Below are positions 44,393 to 55,839 of a stretch of 64,000 bases of DNA, piece by piece. The position numbers and the translations under genes are program-made. Position 1 is the first letter of the stretch; every line of letters starts with the position of its first letter. The DNA lies in assembly GCA_038143065.1 (NCBI GenBank), contig JAYQLI010000035.1:2592894-2656893 (forward strand), given 5' to 3'. The stretch is from Rhodospirillales bacterium. Lineage in GTDB: Bacteria > Pseudomonadota > Alphaproteobacteria > Bin95. The notes below the pieces were generated by a model. The model ran no database searches. It had not been told where the DNA came from and was given only the letters and a program-made list of their open reading frames with translations.

Positions 44393-44951
44393 ATGGATAG
44401 CGCTTTAGACACCGTATACAAAGGTATCAGGTTTCTGACTGATCGAATTTTGGGAAATATCGCTTCGGTAGGTCTTCTTGGCGGCACGCTCTTCGCGATC
44501 TACGAAGTTTTCCGGCGATATATTTTTGGCGTAGTGCATGAATGGGGACAAGATTTCGTGATCTACGTGATCATTGGCTCAGTATTTCTATATTTTGCTG
44601 TTACTCAGGCAAAGCGTGCGCACTTGGTAATGAGTGCGTTTACTGACCTCCTTCGTGGCCGTGGATTTGAAAAAACCGTGATCTTTCTGAGATTGTGTGT
44701 TTCGTCTTTTTCACTTTTCTTTTTTCGGATTTTTTTGCTTACTGGGGCTTCCAGCGGTCGAACGTACGATGATGACCGGGCGTACCTCTCAAAGCATGTT
44801 TCTTCTTCTTTGGCCGTTCCAGGCGATGCTGCTAGCTTCTTTTGCTCTAATGGCCTTGGTCACGCTGTTCCATCTTTATCAAGATATCCGTGCTTTAATG
44901 GGTAAGTCCGTTTTTGAGTGGGCTCCCGCAGAAATTCATACTGACATCTAA
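44393..44951 (+). CDS. dctQ: TRAP small permease (apparent frameshift near 44720)
   Basis: About four TM segments, EVFRRYIFG, position between dctP and dctM, SD GGAGG. Confidence 0.8.
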
Positions 44952-44995
44952 GAATTTGGCCGTAGAGTCTTAATTTAAAACAGGGAAACGCTGAT

Positions 44996-46279
44996 ATGTG
45001 GGCACTCGGTGGATCATTGATAGGATTGATGCTTGCTGCGGCGCCAATAGGCATTGCACTTGCTGGGGCAACGATTTTGGTCGTGCTTTCTGACCCAATG
45101 TTGGGCCCCAACGCGCTCTTTTCGCGCATTTTTTCAGTTTTTGAACAGCTACACGTTGATGGCCATCCCGTTCTTTATTTATGCCGGGTTTCTGATGGAA
45201 CGGACTGGCCTGATCGCTAAGTTATTTAATTTTGCCGATGCCTTGATAGGATGGCTTCCTGGAGGTTTTGCGTACGCAACCCTTCTCGCCGCGGTCATGT
45301 TTGGTGCTATTTCGGGCTCCTCCACTGCGATGGCAGCAGCTATGGGCATCATAGCCTATCCAGAAATGATCCGCCGTGGTTACCCTGTTTGGATGTCTGC
45401 TGGAATCATCGCGTGTGGCGGTGGAATAGCAATTCTCATCCCTCCATCCATCACATTAATCCTCTATGGCATCATCACTGAAGAGTCGATTGTGTCCCTG
45501 TTTTTTGCAGGATTCACGCCTGGAATTATGTTGGCCATTTCAGATGCTATTATTATCATCGGAATATCACTTTTCATTAAGTTGCCGGCGGGTAAATTTG
45601 AGTTAAAGAAAGTCGGCAAAGCTACCTGGGATGCTTGGCCCGCACTTCTGATGCCGGTGTGCGTGTTGGGTGGTCTCTATGGAGGTGTCTTCACCCCTAC
45701 CGAGGCAGGAGCTGCAGCTGCTGGCTATGCGCTTCTTTTTGGCCTTTTGTCTGGTCGCGGTAAGTTTCTCAAAGAGCTTCTGCCGACCACCCAGCGTACT
45801 ATAAACCTGACTGCTATCGTATACTTCTTGCTCGGTTGCGTTGGCGTTTTTCAATTCTTATTGGCAAATAAAGGGTGGCCTCAAGCGATTGCTGCGTGGA
45901 CATCGGCTCAGGGTTTTACCCAAATGGAGTTCCTCGCAGTTCTTTTGATTGTCATGCTCTTTCTTTCCATGTGGCTAACAGGTGTTGCGATCCTCGTACT
46001 AACGGTACCTATCTTCTTCCCGGTTGCGCTAACTCTGGGCGTTGATCCGATCCATCTGGGAATTCTGGCCGCAATAGCTATTGAGATGGGCGGTGTTATT
46101 CCACCAGTTGGCCTAAATTTATTTGCGGTGGCGGGGACTACTGGGGTCCCCGTGACAAAGGTGATGAAAGGGGCAATTCCTTCTTGATCACTGATGGTAT
46201 TGTGCTTCTGCTAATGCTGTTTTTCCCGGTTCTTTGCCTCTGGTTGCCTGATTTGCTTATTGTATCTCACTTTAAGTAA
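44996..46279 (+). CDS. dctM: TRAP large permease (two apparent frameshifts)
   Basis: LMAIPFFI.AG, FGAISGSS.A, LIPPSI, FTPTEA, PPVGLNLF. Confidence 0.9.
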
Positions 46280-46297
46280 AACAGGGGAGGGGCGACC

Positions 46298-47387
46298 GTG
46301 CCGATAATACAAAGTGATCGGTTATCTGCCGTTGTCGCCGAGATATTTGATCGTGCTGGATGTGATCGAAAAGAGGCAGAGCGCGTAGCAGAGAGCCTAG
46401 TAGGGGCAAATTTACGCGGGCATGATAGCCATGGAGTGATCTGCACTCTTCGTTACGTCACTTGGTTAGAAACAGGCTGGATAAAAGCCGGGCACCCTGT
46501 GCGTGTAGTGCGTGAAAGTCCGGTTATGGCTGTGCTAGATGCGGAGCAGGGATTTGGGCAATCCGCGGCGGAAAGGGCTGTGGAGATTGGGATTGAGAAA
46601 GCTAAAACGATGGAGATTTCCGTCGTTACGCTTAAAAATGCAGGTCATATTGGTCGAGTTGGGCAGTACGCGGAACAAGCAGCTGCTGCTGGCTTAGTCT
46701 CCATTCATTTTGTAAATGCTCGGTCCAGTGAGCTAGTAGCCCCCTTTGGCGCTAGGGAACGTCGTTTTTCGACAGCACCCTTTGCCGTAGGAATACCCCA
46801 GAATGGAGCGCCTCCTTACATACTCGACTTCGCAACTTCGATCGTTGCGGAGGGAAAGGTCCTGGTGGCGGCGCAAGGCGGAAAATCCCTGCCAAAAGGC
46901 GCTCTGATTAATGATGAGGGCGATCTCACAGAGGATCCAATTGCGCTTTATAGTGATGCCAAACCGCCCAATTACAGGAATGGCACTGGGGCTATCAGAG
47001 CTATGGGGAGCACAAGGGGTCTGGTCTTGCATTGATGTGCGAGCTTCTAGGCGGTGCTTTCAGTGGCAATGGTGCAGCAGGCCCCGCGTCTGGCAAGCCA
47101 TTCGCTAATGGAATGTTGTCGATATACCTAACGCCGGCTGCCTTTGCTGAGGAAGACAACTTTTTTTCAGAAGAAGTCCGGCGCTACGTTGACCACGTGA
47201 AGTCTGCAGCGCCTGCGGCGGGAGTTGATAAAGTCTTGGTTCCCGGTGAGCCAGAACTTGAGCGGCTGGAAGCGCGTCGCCGCGATGGTCTCGAACTACC
47301 AGAAGATGTTTGGAATTCAATCTTGGAGGCGGCAGAGAAAGCAGGCCTCCAAATAGTGAAGCTCGCAGTATTGCGGGGGTTAACTAA
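46298..47387 (+). CDS. Ldh_2 family (malate/L-lactate/ureidoglycolate/sulfolactate) dehydrogenase (apparent frameshifts)
   Basis: ANLRGHDSHG, HIGRVG, DFATS.VA.GK, EHKGSGL in shifted frame, VLVPGEPE. Confidence 0.88.
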
Positions 47388-47447
47388 ATTGATAGGTAGG
47401 TTAAACTGTCTTTTATTGGCCGAAACTGATTAGTACTGGAAGAAGAA

Positions 47448-47962
47448 ATGGCTGCAGACCAACCATGGGCACACGCTGTATATGATTACTTAAAGAGTGA
47501 AGGTGTAACTCAATTCTCGTATGTGCCCGATGCAGGTCACCGAGTGCTAATAGATAAGTCCATTGCCGATCCGGAGATGAACTCCGTAGCCCTAACCACT
47601 GAAGAGGAAGGCGTGGCGATGGCTGCTGGTGCCTGGTTAGGGGGAACAAAGCATGTTCTCTTAATGCAATCGAGTGGCGCGGGTAATTGCGTGAACATGT
47701 TTTCCTTACCCAGGCTTGGTCGGTTTCCTTTTGTAACTTTGATGTCTATGCGTGGTGACTTTGGGAAGGCAACCCCTGGCAGATGCCCATGGGTATGTCG
47801 ATTGAGAACGTTTTGAAGGCCTGTGAGTTTGTTGTCCTGAAAATTGATAGTGAGGATGAGGCTCTGTCGACTGTCCAAGCTGCTATGACAATGGCTTACA
47901 AGTCTAATCAATGTGTTGCCGTTCTGTTAACTCAGAAGCTTCTCGGCGCTAAAGCGTTCTGA
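47448..47962 (+). CDS. ThDP-dependent phosphonopyruvate/sulfopyruvate decarboxylase alpha-like subunit (ComD-like), apparent frameshift near 47765
   Basis: YVPD, TEEEGVA.AAGAWLGG, LMQSSG.GNC.N, MRG..GEGNPWQ.PMG. Confidence 0.8.
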
Positions 47963-47963
47963 C

Positions 47964-48438
47964 ATGTCGGGCCAACAGGTCCGTCAAAAAGCTAATCGTC
48001 AAGATGTAGATTTAGCCTATCAGCTGGTTGAAAATGCGGCTTTAGCTTCGTTAGCTGTAGTTAGCTCCGACGGCGCACCAATCGTTGCTCTTACTTCGCC
48101 TGTATTGCTCCCGAATGGAGCTTTGCTTGTGCTTGTCTCGTCTTTATCAGCGCATGGCAAGGCGTTGAGTGCCAACAGTCAAGCTGGCATTCTTTTCACT
48201 GGTGTTGAAGATCTCACAGATCCTATGAAAACTCCTAGGCTGACTGTGCAGGGCAATGCGGTGAAAGCTACCGTGGATGAGCGAGCATTCTTCCTTAAAA
48301 AGCCGGCCAGAGGCGGAATTGTACATAGATTTCAGCGATATGCGACTTTATCGAATTGACTTGAAAAATGCCCACCTAGTTGTTGGATTTGGCCGAGCCG
48401 TTTCTTTATCTCCGGGATGTTTGGCCCGAAGGCTATGA
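47964..48438 (+). CDS. Pyridoxamine 5'-phosphate oxidase-like / HugZ family protein (apparent frameshift near 48300)
   Basis: S.LSAH...L, DPM..PRLTV.G; shifted frame PEAELYIDFSDMRLYRI...AHLVVGFGRA. Confidence 0.8.
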
Positions 48439-48586
48439 TTAGCGCGTGACATAGGGCCGCAATCGTTGGTCAACCGAATTTTATCCCGGGGTTCGGATTG
48501 CATCCAAGCTGAAGCTGAGCCAAAAAAACTTGTGATGGTCGACCTGAGTTGGCCGAGTCTATGAAACATTTTTGGGGATTTGTAAG

Positions 48587-50179
48587 GTGGACTCCGATAA
48601 ACGCTTAGACAGCATCGGCCTCGGTAAGACAGCGGGTGCCTCCTGGAACTTGGGTGTGGGAGCACTTTACGAACATGCAGTTCGTAATCGTGATGGTGTC
48701 GTAACGGCAAGTGGGGCTTTGTTGTGCGAAACAGGCCAACACACTGGACGCTCCCCCAAAGACAAATTTATCGTTCGTAACGCGGAAAGTGAAGCTGACG
48801 TTGACTGGGGTGATGTTAACCAGCCAATGGATGAGGCTTCTTTCGACAGGTTATTAAACCGTGTCCAAGCATACCTGCAAAACCGTAATATTTATGTTCA
48901 AGATCTCTATGCTGGCGCAGACGCAGGCAGCCGTCTTTCAGTAAGAGTTGTGACAGAGCAGGCGTGGCACAACCTATTCGCGCGAAATATGTTTATTCGG
49001 CCTCCTCGTACCGAATTACCTGGATTTACTCCAGACTATACTATCATTCAGGCTCCTGGTTTCAGGGCAGATCCAGAAATAGACGGATGTCGTTCAGAAA
49101 CAGTGATCGCCGTCAATCTCTCTAGGCGTTTGGTAGTCATTGCTGGCACTTCTTATGCTGGGGAAATCAAGAAATCTGTATTCTCCTTGATGAATCATCT
49201 TCTACCAGCAAAGGGCATTATGCCAATGCACTGTTCGGCCAACATTGGGCCTAATGGAGATGCAGCAGTCTTTTTCGGGTTGTCAGGTACGGGTAAGACA
49301 ACACTGTCTGCAGACGCTAGTAGAACCCTTATCGGGGATGACGAGCATGGTTGGAGCCAGTCTGGTCTATTTAATTTTGAAGGCGGTTGCTACGCAAAGG
49401 TAATTGATCTCTCTGCCAAAGCAGAACCAGAGATTTATGCTGCCTCACATCGGTTTGGCACCGTGCTTGAAAATGTTGTCATGGATCCAGATACACGCAC
49501 GCTAGTCCTCGACGATAGAAGTCTTACTGAAAACACTCGTTCTTGTTATCCTCTCGACTTTATTCCAAATGCAAGCACCACTGGAATCGGTCCTGAGCCA
49601 ACTAATGTAGTCATGCTTACAGCAGATGCATTTGGAGTAATGCCACCAATCGCAAAGCTTTCTGCTGAACAAGCGATGTATCATTTTCTTTCAGGTTATA
49701 CAGCTCGCGTGGCTGGCACTGAGAAAGGGCTTGGGGCCGAGCCTCAGGCAACATTTTCAACTTGTTTTGGCGCTCCGTTCATGACGCGTCACCCAACAGT
49801 ATATGCCAAGCTTCTGGGAGAAAGAATTGCGGCTACTGGAGCAAACTGTTGGTTGGTAAACACAGGTTGGACTGGTGGTGCCTACGGGGTGGGTCAGCGG
49901 ATGTCGATTGGACACACTCGTGCGATGCTTCGTGCCGCTCTTGATGGGTCTCTAGATGGAGCTCCTTTACGCGAGGACCCTAATTTTGGCCTGATGGTTC
50001 CTGAAGCTTGCCCTGATGTACCTAGTGAGGCCCTTAACCCTCGGGGGGTATGGTCTAATGCCAGCTCTTATGATGAGACAGCGCGGCATCTTGCTGGCCG
50101 CTTTGAAGAGAACTTCGTAAAATTCGAGCCATCTGTTTCATCCTCGGTCAAAGCAGCAGCAATCCGCAAAGCGGCTTAG
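48587..50179 (+). CDS. pckA: Phosphoenolpyruvate carboxykinase (ATP)
   Basis: [44 protein letters not shown]; probable GTG start. Confidence 0.97.
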   Translation: MDSDKRLDSIGLGKTAGASWNLGVGALYEHAVRNRDGVVTASGALLCETGQHTGRSPKDKFIVRNAESEADVDWGDVNQPMDEASFDRLLNRVQAYLQNRNIYVQDLYAGADAGSRLSVRVVTEQAWHNLFARNMFIRPPRTELPGFTPDYTIIQAPGFRADPEIDGCRSETVIAVNLSRRLVVIAGTSYAGEIKKSVFSLMNHLLPAKGIMPMHCSANIGPNGDAAVFFGLSGTGKTTLSADASRTLIGDDEHGWSQSGLFNFEGGCYAKVIDLSAKAEPEIYAASHRFGTVLENVVMDPDTRTLVLDDRSLTENTRSCYPLDFIPNASTTGIGPEPTNVVMLTADAFGVMPPIAKLSAEQAMYHFLSGYTARVAGTEKGLGAEPQATFSTCFGAPFMTRHPTVYAKLLGERIAATGANCWLVNTGWTGGAYGVGQRMSIGHTRAMLRAALDGSLDGAPLREDPNFGLMVPEACPDVPSEALNPRGVWSNASSYDETARHLAGRFEENFVKFEPSVSSSVKAAAIRKAA

Positions 50180-50250
50180 TCTTACAAACTTTTTGGTGTC
50201 TTGCCTCTAGCTTTTACCGTCCCAGGGAATTGAGTGCTGGGCATAGCATT

Positions 50251-51663
50251 TTATGGGGCTGACGGTGCCAAGCCGTCTTCCCCTGTCATTTCGCCATAGG
50301 CGTGGCCGAGTGATAAAAGAGTTCGTTCTGAAAATGGACGCCCTATCAATTGGCAAGAAAGAGGTAAGCCAATAGAGGAAAGTCCCAGCGGTAGAGCTAA
50401 GCCTGGTAGGCCTAGATAGTTGAATGGCCGTGTAGCTTTAGTGATGCTAGCTACCATAGTTTGTATTGCACCTGGATTGCCCTCGTCGGTGTCATCAATT
50501 GTTGGGACAGGCGTTGTAATAGATGGGATTAATAAAGCATCCGCCTGAGTAAAGGCGCGCCTGCAAAAATCTCTTAAGACGTTAGCGCGTGCGGCCTGAG
50601 ACGCAAGATAAACGTGCGCAGGAACAACAAAACCAGACTCAGTTCTACTGTATACATGAACGGAGAAATCATCGGGGCGTTCACGCATCCATTTTCCATG
50701 CAGCGCCGCGGCTTCTGTCTTCGAGATTGCATCAGCTGCTGAGTAAAGATCCGCAAAGTCAGGTAGATCAACTTCGATGATTTCGGCGCCCATAGAGGCA
50801 AAGCCTCTAAGAGCTAGCTCATGAGCTTCAGAAGTTTCTGGATCAATTTGGCCAAATGGCATCCCGCGGGCTTTTGCTAAGCGCAGACCCTTGATCGGTT
50901 TACTGATGTAGTGTTGCCACGTGGAAACTTCTCTTTGGCTCGTTGTGGGGTCTTTTGTGTCATGTCCCGCAATCACACTCAAAATCAGAGCTGCATCAGC
51001 AGCAGAGCGCGCTAACGGACCCACGCAATCTAGTGACCAAGCTCGAGGCATGGCGCCAAATCTACTAACCCGTCCATAAGTTGGTTTTAGGCCGTATAGA
51101 CCACACATAATTGCTGGTAAACGAATAGATCCACCAGTATCAGATCCCAAAGCAGCATATACACATCCAGATGCTACTGCTGCGCCTGAACCAGAAGAAG
51201 AGCCACCTGTAATATGATCTGAATTCCACGGATTGCGTGCGTGACCAAAGTGCGCGTTATGCCCGGTCGGCCCCGCAGCAAATTCGGACATGTTAAGCCG
51301 GCCCACTTCTATTGCGCCAGCAGAGTTAAGCCGACTGATAACAGTCGCTTCATCATTGCCTTGAAGTTCTCCTAATATCGCGGATCCACCCGAGGAATAA
51401 CCGTCCTGGCGCATAAACATGTCTTTATGAGCTAAGGGTGCACCAAGGAGTAAGCCTTGTTCTCCTCGAAATCTTGCTGCGTCTGCATTATTTGCAGATT
51501 TAATGGCCTGTTCTTCGTCAATGGAAACAAATGCGTTAATTGCGGGTTGCCAACTTCTTGTTGTTTCCAAACGCCCTTGCGTTGCCTCTAGGGACGAGAT
51601 GCGTCCATGATTCAGGTCGTCCATAAGGTCAACAAGGCTTTGTAGTCGGTTGGGACGATTCAA
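50251..51663 (-). CDS. Amidase-signature family amidase
   Basis: AHKD (Lys), GGSSSGS, GSDTGGSIR.PA, GLKPTYGRVS. Confidence 0.94.
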   Translation of the reverse strand: MNRPNRLQSLVDLMDDLNHGRISSLEATQGRLETTRSWQPAINAFVSIDEEQAIKSANNADAARFRGEQGLLLGAPLAHKDMFMRQDGYSSGGSAILGELQGNDEATVISRLNSAGAIEVGRLNMSEFAAGPTGHNAHFGHARNPWNSDHITGGSSSGSGAAVASGCVYAALGSDTGGSIRLPAIMCGLYGLKPTYGRVSRFGAMPRAWSLDCVGPLARSAADAALILSVIAGHDTKDPTTSQREVSTWQHYISKPIKGLRLAKARGMPFGQIDPETSEAHELALRGFASMGAEIIEVDLPDFADLYSAADAISKTEAAALHGKWMRERPDDFSVHVYSRTESGFVVPAHVYLASQAARANVLRDFCRRAFTQADALLIPSITTPVPTIDDTDEGNPGAIQTMVASITKATRPFNYLGLPGLALPLGLSSIGLPLSCQLIGRPFSERTLLSLGHAYGEMTGEDGLAPSAP

Positions 51664-51860
51664 TGATCTTCCTCCGCCAAATCCTCAAGAGCCGCAAGAA
51701 ACTGTATGGGTTCGTCATAGAAACCAAAATGGACATTAGCTACGCGTGCTACGCCAGCACTTATGCGGCTAGCCTCTATGCTGATTTCGGCAGCGCGATT
51801 TTGGCTGACCGTTAAGCCAGCCATTTGCATTATTTCTTTGGGCCAAGGGTTTTCGTTCAC
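51660..51860 (-). CDS. Small (~66 aa) hypothetical protein coupled to the amidase
   Basis: SD AAGGAG before GTG 51860; stop overlaps the amidase ATG (ATGA); ends F.DEP..F.AALE. Confidence 0.65.
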   Translation of the reverse strand: MNENPWPKEIMQMAGLTVSQNRAAEISIEASRISAGVARVANVHFGFYDEPIQFLAALEDLAEEDH

Positions 51861-51944
51861 CGCATTTTTCTCCTTAGGAACCGACAGGCATGTGAGCACT
51901 GCCATATTGATGAAGCAAGTCATTTTCTGTTTGAAAAAACTCCT

Positions 51945-52345
51945 AATTAAATAAAATAATAATAATAATTTTTATAATATAAAAAACGAATACTTTATTT
52001 TATATTTATAAAATCAAAATAATAAAATAAAAAAAATATGAAAAATTTTTTAATAATTTATTTGTATTTCAATTTCAATTATATAAAAAATATTATATTA
52101 TTTTACTTAAAAAAATGTTAAATAAATAAGTGAATTTTACTAAAAATAATTTTTTAAAATAAATTTAAAAAAAATATTAATAAGAACTTTACATAATTTT
52201 TACTGATAAAAAAATAAATTCATAAAATTTTTTATAAAATTATCATCATTTTTAAAAAAGTAAAACATAATAAAAGTCTATATATATAAAATATAATAAT
52301 CATGCGTAGACTTATGATTGTACAGAAATTATAACTATTATTATT
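51945..52345. other. Extremely AT-rich intergenic tract
   Basis: Manual count: about 25 G+C in 340 nt (51961-52300), about 7% GC, between divergent genes. Confidence 0.95.
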
Positions 52346-52415
52346 GTATGATTTTAATTTTGTCGGGTTTTAATCGAAAAAGCCTGATATTTTTTATGAA
52401 ATTAGGGAGAGTAAT

Positions 52416-53386
52416 ATGAAGTTCCGAGCTCTAGCGCTCGCTGCCGCAGTCGCGGTTAGTTTTTCAGGTGGGGTAGCTAAGGCTGACTCCTGTGGCGAAG
52501 TCTCTATCACTGAGATGAACTGGGCGTCTTCTGCTGTTGTTACGGCCGTTTCAAAATTTCTGATGGAGCAAGGTTACGGCTGCACAGTTAAGCTGGTTCC
52601 GTCTTCAACCAATCCAGCTATCGCTTCGGTGTCCGAGACGTGTGAGCCCGATATCCTTACTGAATTGTGGGTTAATGGTTCTCCTGCGTACGACAAACTC
52701 AGAGACCAGGGTAAAGTGAAGCCGCTTACAGAGGTACTTTCAGATGGTGGTGTCGAAGGTTGGTGGGTTCCTAAGTATCTGGCAGACGCTCATCCCGAAT
52801 TGAAAACTATCGCTGGCGTTAAAGCTAATCCAAAGCTTGTTGGCGGTCGGTTTCATAATTGCCCAGATGGTTGGGCATGTCAGCGGATCAACGCTAATAA
52901 TGCTCGTGGCGCTGGCTTAGAAGCTGCAGGTCTGGACGTCTTCAAACATGGTTCTGGAGAAACTCTTGCCGCTTCCATTGCATCAGCATATGCGAATAAA
53001 GAGCCATGGTTTGGGTACTACTGGGCCCCAACAGCCGTTCTCGGTAAATATGAGATGACCCGTGTGGACGTTGGGCCTTTCAATGCAGATGCACATGCAT
53101 GCAACTCCAAGGATGACTGCCCTAATCCAAGACTTTCCCTTATCCTGCATCAACTGTTCTAACAGTCGTAACGGATAAGTTTGCCAGTGAAAATCCAACC
53201 ATTACCAGCCTTATGAAGAATGTTTCCTTTACTAATGCTCAAATGGGAGAGGTTCTTGCTTGGCAGGAAGAAAATAAAGCATCTGCTGACGAAGCTGCAG
53301 TCTATTTTCTGAACAAATATTCCAGCGTTTGGTCTAAGTGGTTAAATGATAAGGCGCGGAACAACCTCAAGGCGCTTATTAAATAA
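52416..53386 (+). CDS. tmoX: TmoX-like (TMAO) substrate-binding protein, ProX/betaine family (apparent frameshift near 53135)
   Basis: CGEVSITEMNWAS, MEQGYGC, EPDI.TELW, GGVEGWW.P.YL, NCPDGW.C, HGSGETLA, WFGYYW match my recollection of roseobacter TmoX. Confidence 0.8.
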
Positions 53387-53402
53387 GATACGCGTTCAAA
53401 TT

Positions 53403-53443
53403 CAGCCCGGGCAATCTATGGGATCGCCCGGGCTGTTTTTTTT
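53403..53443 (+). terminator. Rho-independent terminator-like hairpin after the SBP gene
   Basis: CAGCCCGGGC 53403-12 / GCCCGGGCTG 53426-35 followed by T8. Confidence 0.8.
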
Positions 53444-53456
53444 GGGGAGATAACCT

Positions 53457-54493
53457 TTGGCGTTTTACGACTGGCTTTTCGATAGTCTAGGGCTGCGCAG
53501 TTGGTGCGATGGTGGGAAGCAAGATGGGCCAATGTCAATGGCTGAGCTTCTAGCCAAGGCAAAGGAAAACAAGCTGCTGAGGACGGTGAGAGTTTTCCAT
53601 TTCCTTCCCTGGATACCCTTCACGAGGCGTGTGGGGCGATGCCACGTACACGAGAGATGACTGCTGGTTTGGAGCAGTTATTCTTAGACGTCAAAGATAG
53701 TTTGAAGATTGTTTTAGACCCATTAACGCAGCCATTAAGCTGGATGCTAGACGGGGCGCTATGGCTTTTTGCGAGTATGCCTTGGTGGGTTCTTCTACCC
53801 TTACTTCTACTGATATGTTGGTCAATTACACGTAGCTTGCGCGTTTCAGTTCTAGTGGCGGCGTCATTTGCGTTGCTTGGATTTATTGACCATCTAGATA
53901 GTGCTGTGCAGACCCTATCTATTATTTTTGTTTGCACATCAATATCAGTGGTTTTGGGCGTTCCCTTGGGTATCGCTATGTCCAAGAGCGATCGTTTTCA
54001 GAAAGCTACACTACCAGTCTTGGATTTACTCCAGACATTACCAAGTTTTGTTTACTTGATACCGTTAATTTTCCTCTTTTCAGTTACAGAATCTAAACTT
54101 TATGGAATTGCCATTATTCTCTACGCAATTGTTCCTGTAATACGCTTGACGGATCTCGGCATACGACTTGTAGATCGAGATGTGATAGAGGCTGCAGATG
54201 CGTTTGGTATGACCAATCGTCAGAAGCTGATTGGTGTTGAAATGCCACTCGCACTTCCAAACATTATGGCCGGTATTAATCAAACCATCATGATGAGTTT
54301 GGCGATGGTTGTTATCGCCTCTCTCGTGTCTGCTCCAGGCTTAGGGGTTTTGGTTTTGCGCGGCATTCGTAATCTGGAGCTTGGCGTTGGCTTAGTCGCA
54401 GGCCTCGGTATCGTTCTGCTTGCTGTTGTTCTCGATCGTGTGAGTAAAGCGGCCCTTGATCGTGTCGATAAGTCTAAAGCGGGAGGCCTCTGA
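53457..54493 (+). CDS. ProW-family ABC permease of the TmoX-like transporter (apparent frameshift near 53575)
   Basis: LD..QTLPSFVYLIP, EAADAFG, GINQTIMMSLAMVVIAS; extended N-terminus in shifted frame. Confidence 0.88.
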
Positions 54494-54494
54494 G

Positions 54495-55562
54495 TTGGAT
54501 AACACAGGATCTTCCTCAATGGTGCCACAAATCAGAATACGAGGGCTGCACAAGATATTTGGGCCTGACCCTGAGCTTATGTTGGAACATGTTCATAATG
54601 GCGTTCGTAAACAGGAGTTATTAGTGGATTTTGGACATGTTTTGGGTTTAAGAGACATTAACGTCGACATGAAAGCTGGCGAAATCACAGTGATCATGGG
54701 GCTTTCTGGCTCAGGTAAGTCAACTCTGATCCGTCATCTTAATCGCCTCATTGAGCCTACAGACGGTGAAATTCTCGTCGACGGTGAAGATGTAATGAAA
54801 TTAGATCAAAGCGGTCTGAGGGAACTTCGGCGTCGGAAGATGTCAATGGTATTTCAAAAATTTGCGCTCCTGCCTCATAAATCGGTTTTACAAAACGCTG
54901 CTACTGCCCTTGAAGTTCGTGGACATAACGATGACGAGCGCGAAGGAGAGGCCCGCAGATGGTTGGCTCGGGTTGGCCTAGAAGGCTATGAAGATAGCTT
55001 CCCACACCAGCTATCTGGCGGGATGCAGCAACGAGTTGGTATTGCGCGGGCTCTAACAGCAAATACAGATATCATGCTGATGGACGAGGCATTTTCAGCC
55101 CTAGATCCCTTGATCCGAACTGATATGCAAGATCTGCTTTTAGAACTGCAGTCTGAGTTGCATAAAACGGTTGTGTTTATAACCCATGACTTAGATGAGG
55201 CTATGAAGTTGGCTGATCATCTTGTCATCTTGAACGAAGGAGAGGTTGTGCAGCAGGGAGAGCCGCAGGGTATCCTTCTGAAGCCAGCCGACCCTTACAT
55301 TGAAGACTTCGTTAGCGATATTAACAGAGCAAGAGTGCTCCGAGTTCGGTCTGTTATGCAAAATCATTCGACGGGTCGTGAAATTGCGGGTGAAGTTGAT
55401 CACAATGATACATTGGAGAGCCTCATAGCTATTTCTGGAGGTGATACCACGCACAATTATCGTGTTATGCGGGATGGAAAAGCTGTTGGGGAATTAGATA
55501 TGCGTGATTTAGTAAAAGCGCTGACGCCAAGTGTTGCAGCTCGTTCCTTTTCGGAGCGCTAA
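54495..55562 (+). CDS. ProV-family ABC ATPase
   Basis: MGLSGSGKST, LSGGMQQRVG, MDEAFSALDPLIR, THDLDEA. Confidence 0.93.
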   Translation: MDNTGSSSMVPQIRIRGLHKIFGPDPELMLEHVHNGVRKQELLVDFGHVLGLRDINVDMKAGEITVIMGLSGSGKSTLIRHLNRLIEPTDGEILVDGEDVMKLDQSGLRELRRRKMSMVFQKFALLPHKSVLQNAATALEVRGHNDDEREGEARRWLARVGLEGYEDSFPHQLSGGMQQRVGIARALTANTDIMLMDEAFSALDPLIRTDMQDLLLELQSELHKTVVFITHDLDEAMKLADHLVILNEGEVVQQGEPQGILLKPADPYIEDFVSDINRARVLRVRSVMQNHSTGREIAGEVDHNDTLESLIAISGGDTTHNYRVMRDGKAVGELDMRDLVKALTPSVAARSFSER

Positions 55563-55839
55563 TATTTCCAAATTATAGCTAGAAATTTTTATTATCTTTT
55601 ATCGATTCCGAGCACTTGAAGTTTTCCAAATGTACCTCTCTAAATTCATTTCGAACAACGCTGAGTCAATTCCAAGGCTCCAATACTCTTTTGGGAAGTA
55701 ATACTTTAAAGCCGAGAGAGCTCCTGGTTATTGCTACCAAGCTTACAGAGGCTAAATAGTCTATCAGAATACCAGAGGCCGATCTGAAGTTTTGTTCAAA
55801 AGGTCGAGTTGAAGGGCGTCAATCAGGGAAATTAGAAAT

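Noticed and set aside
52107-52168. Two TTAA-N7-TTAA (CtrA-box-like) matches at 52107-52121 and 52154-52168
   Set aside because: About one such match is expected by chance in 340 nt of ~93% AT sequence; not evidence on its own
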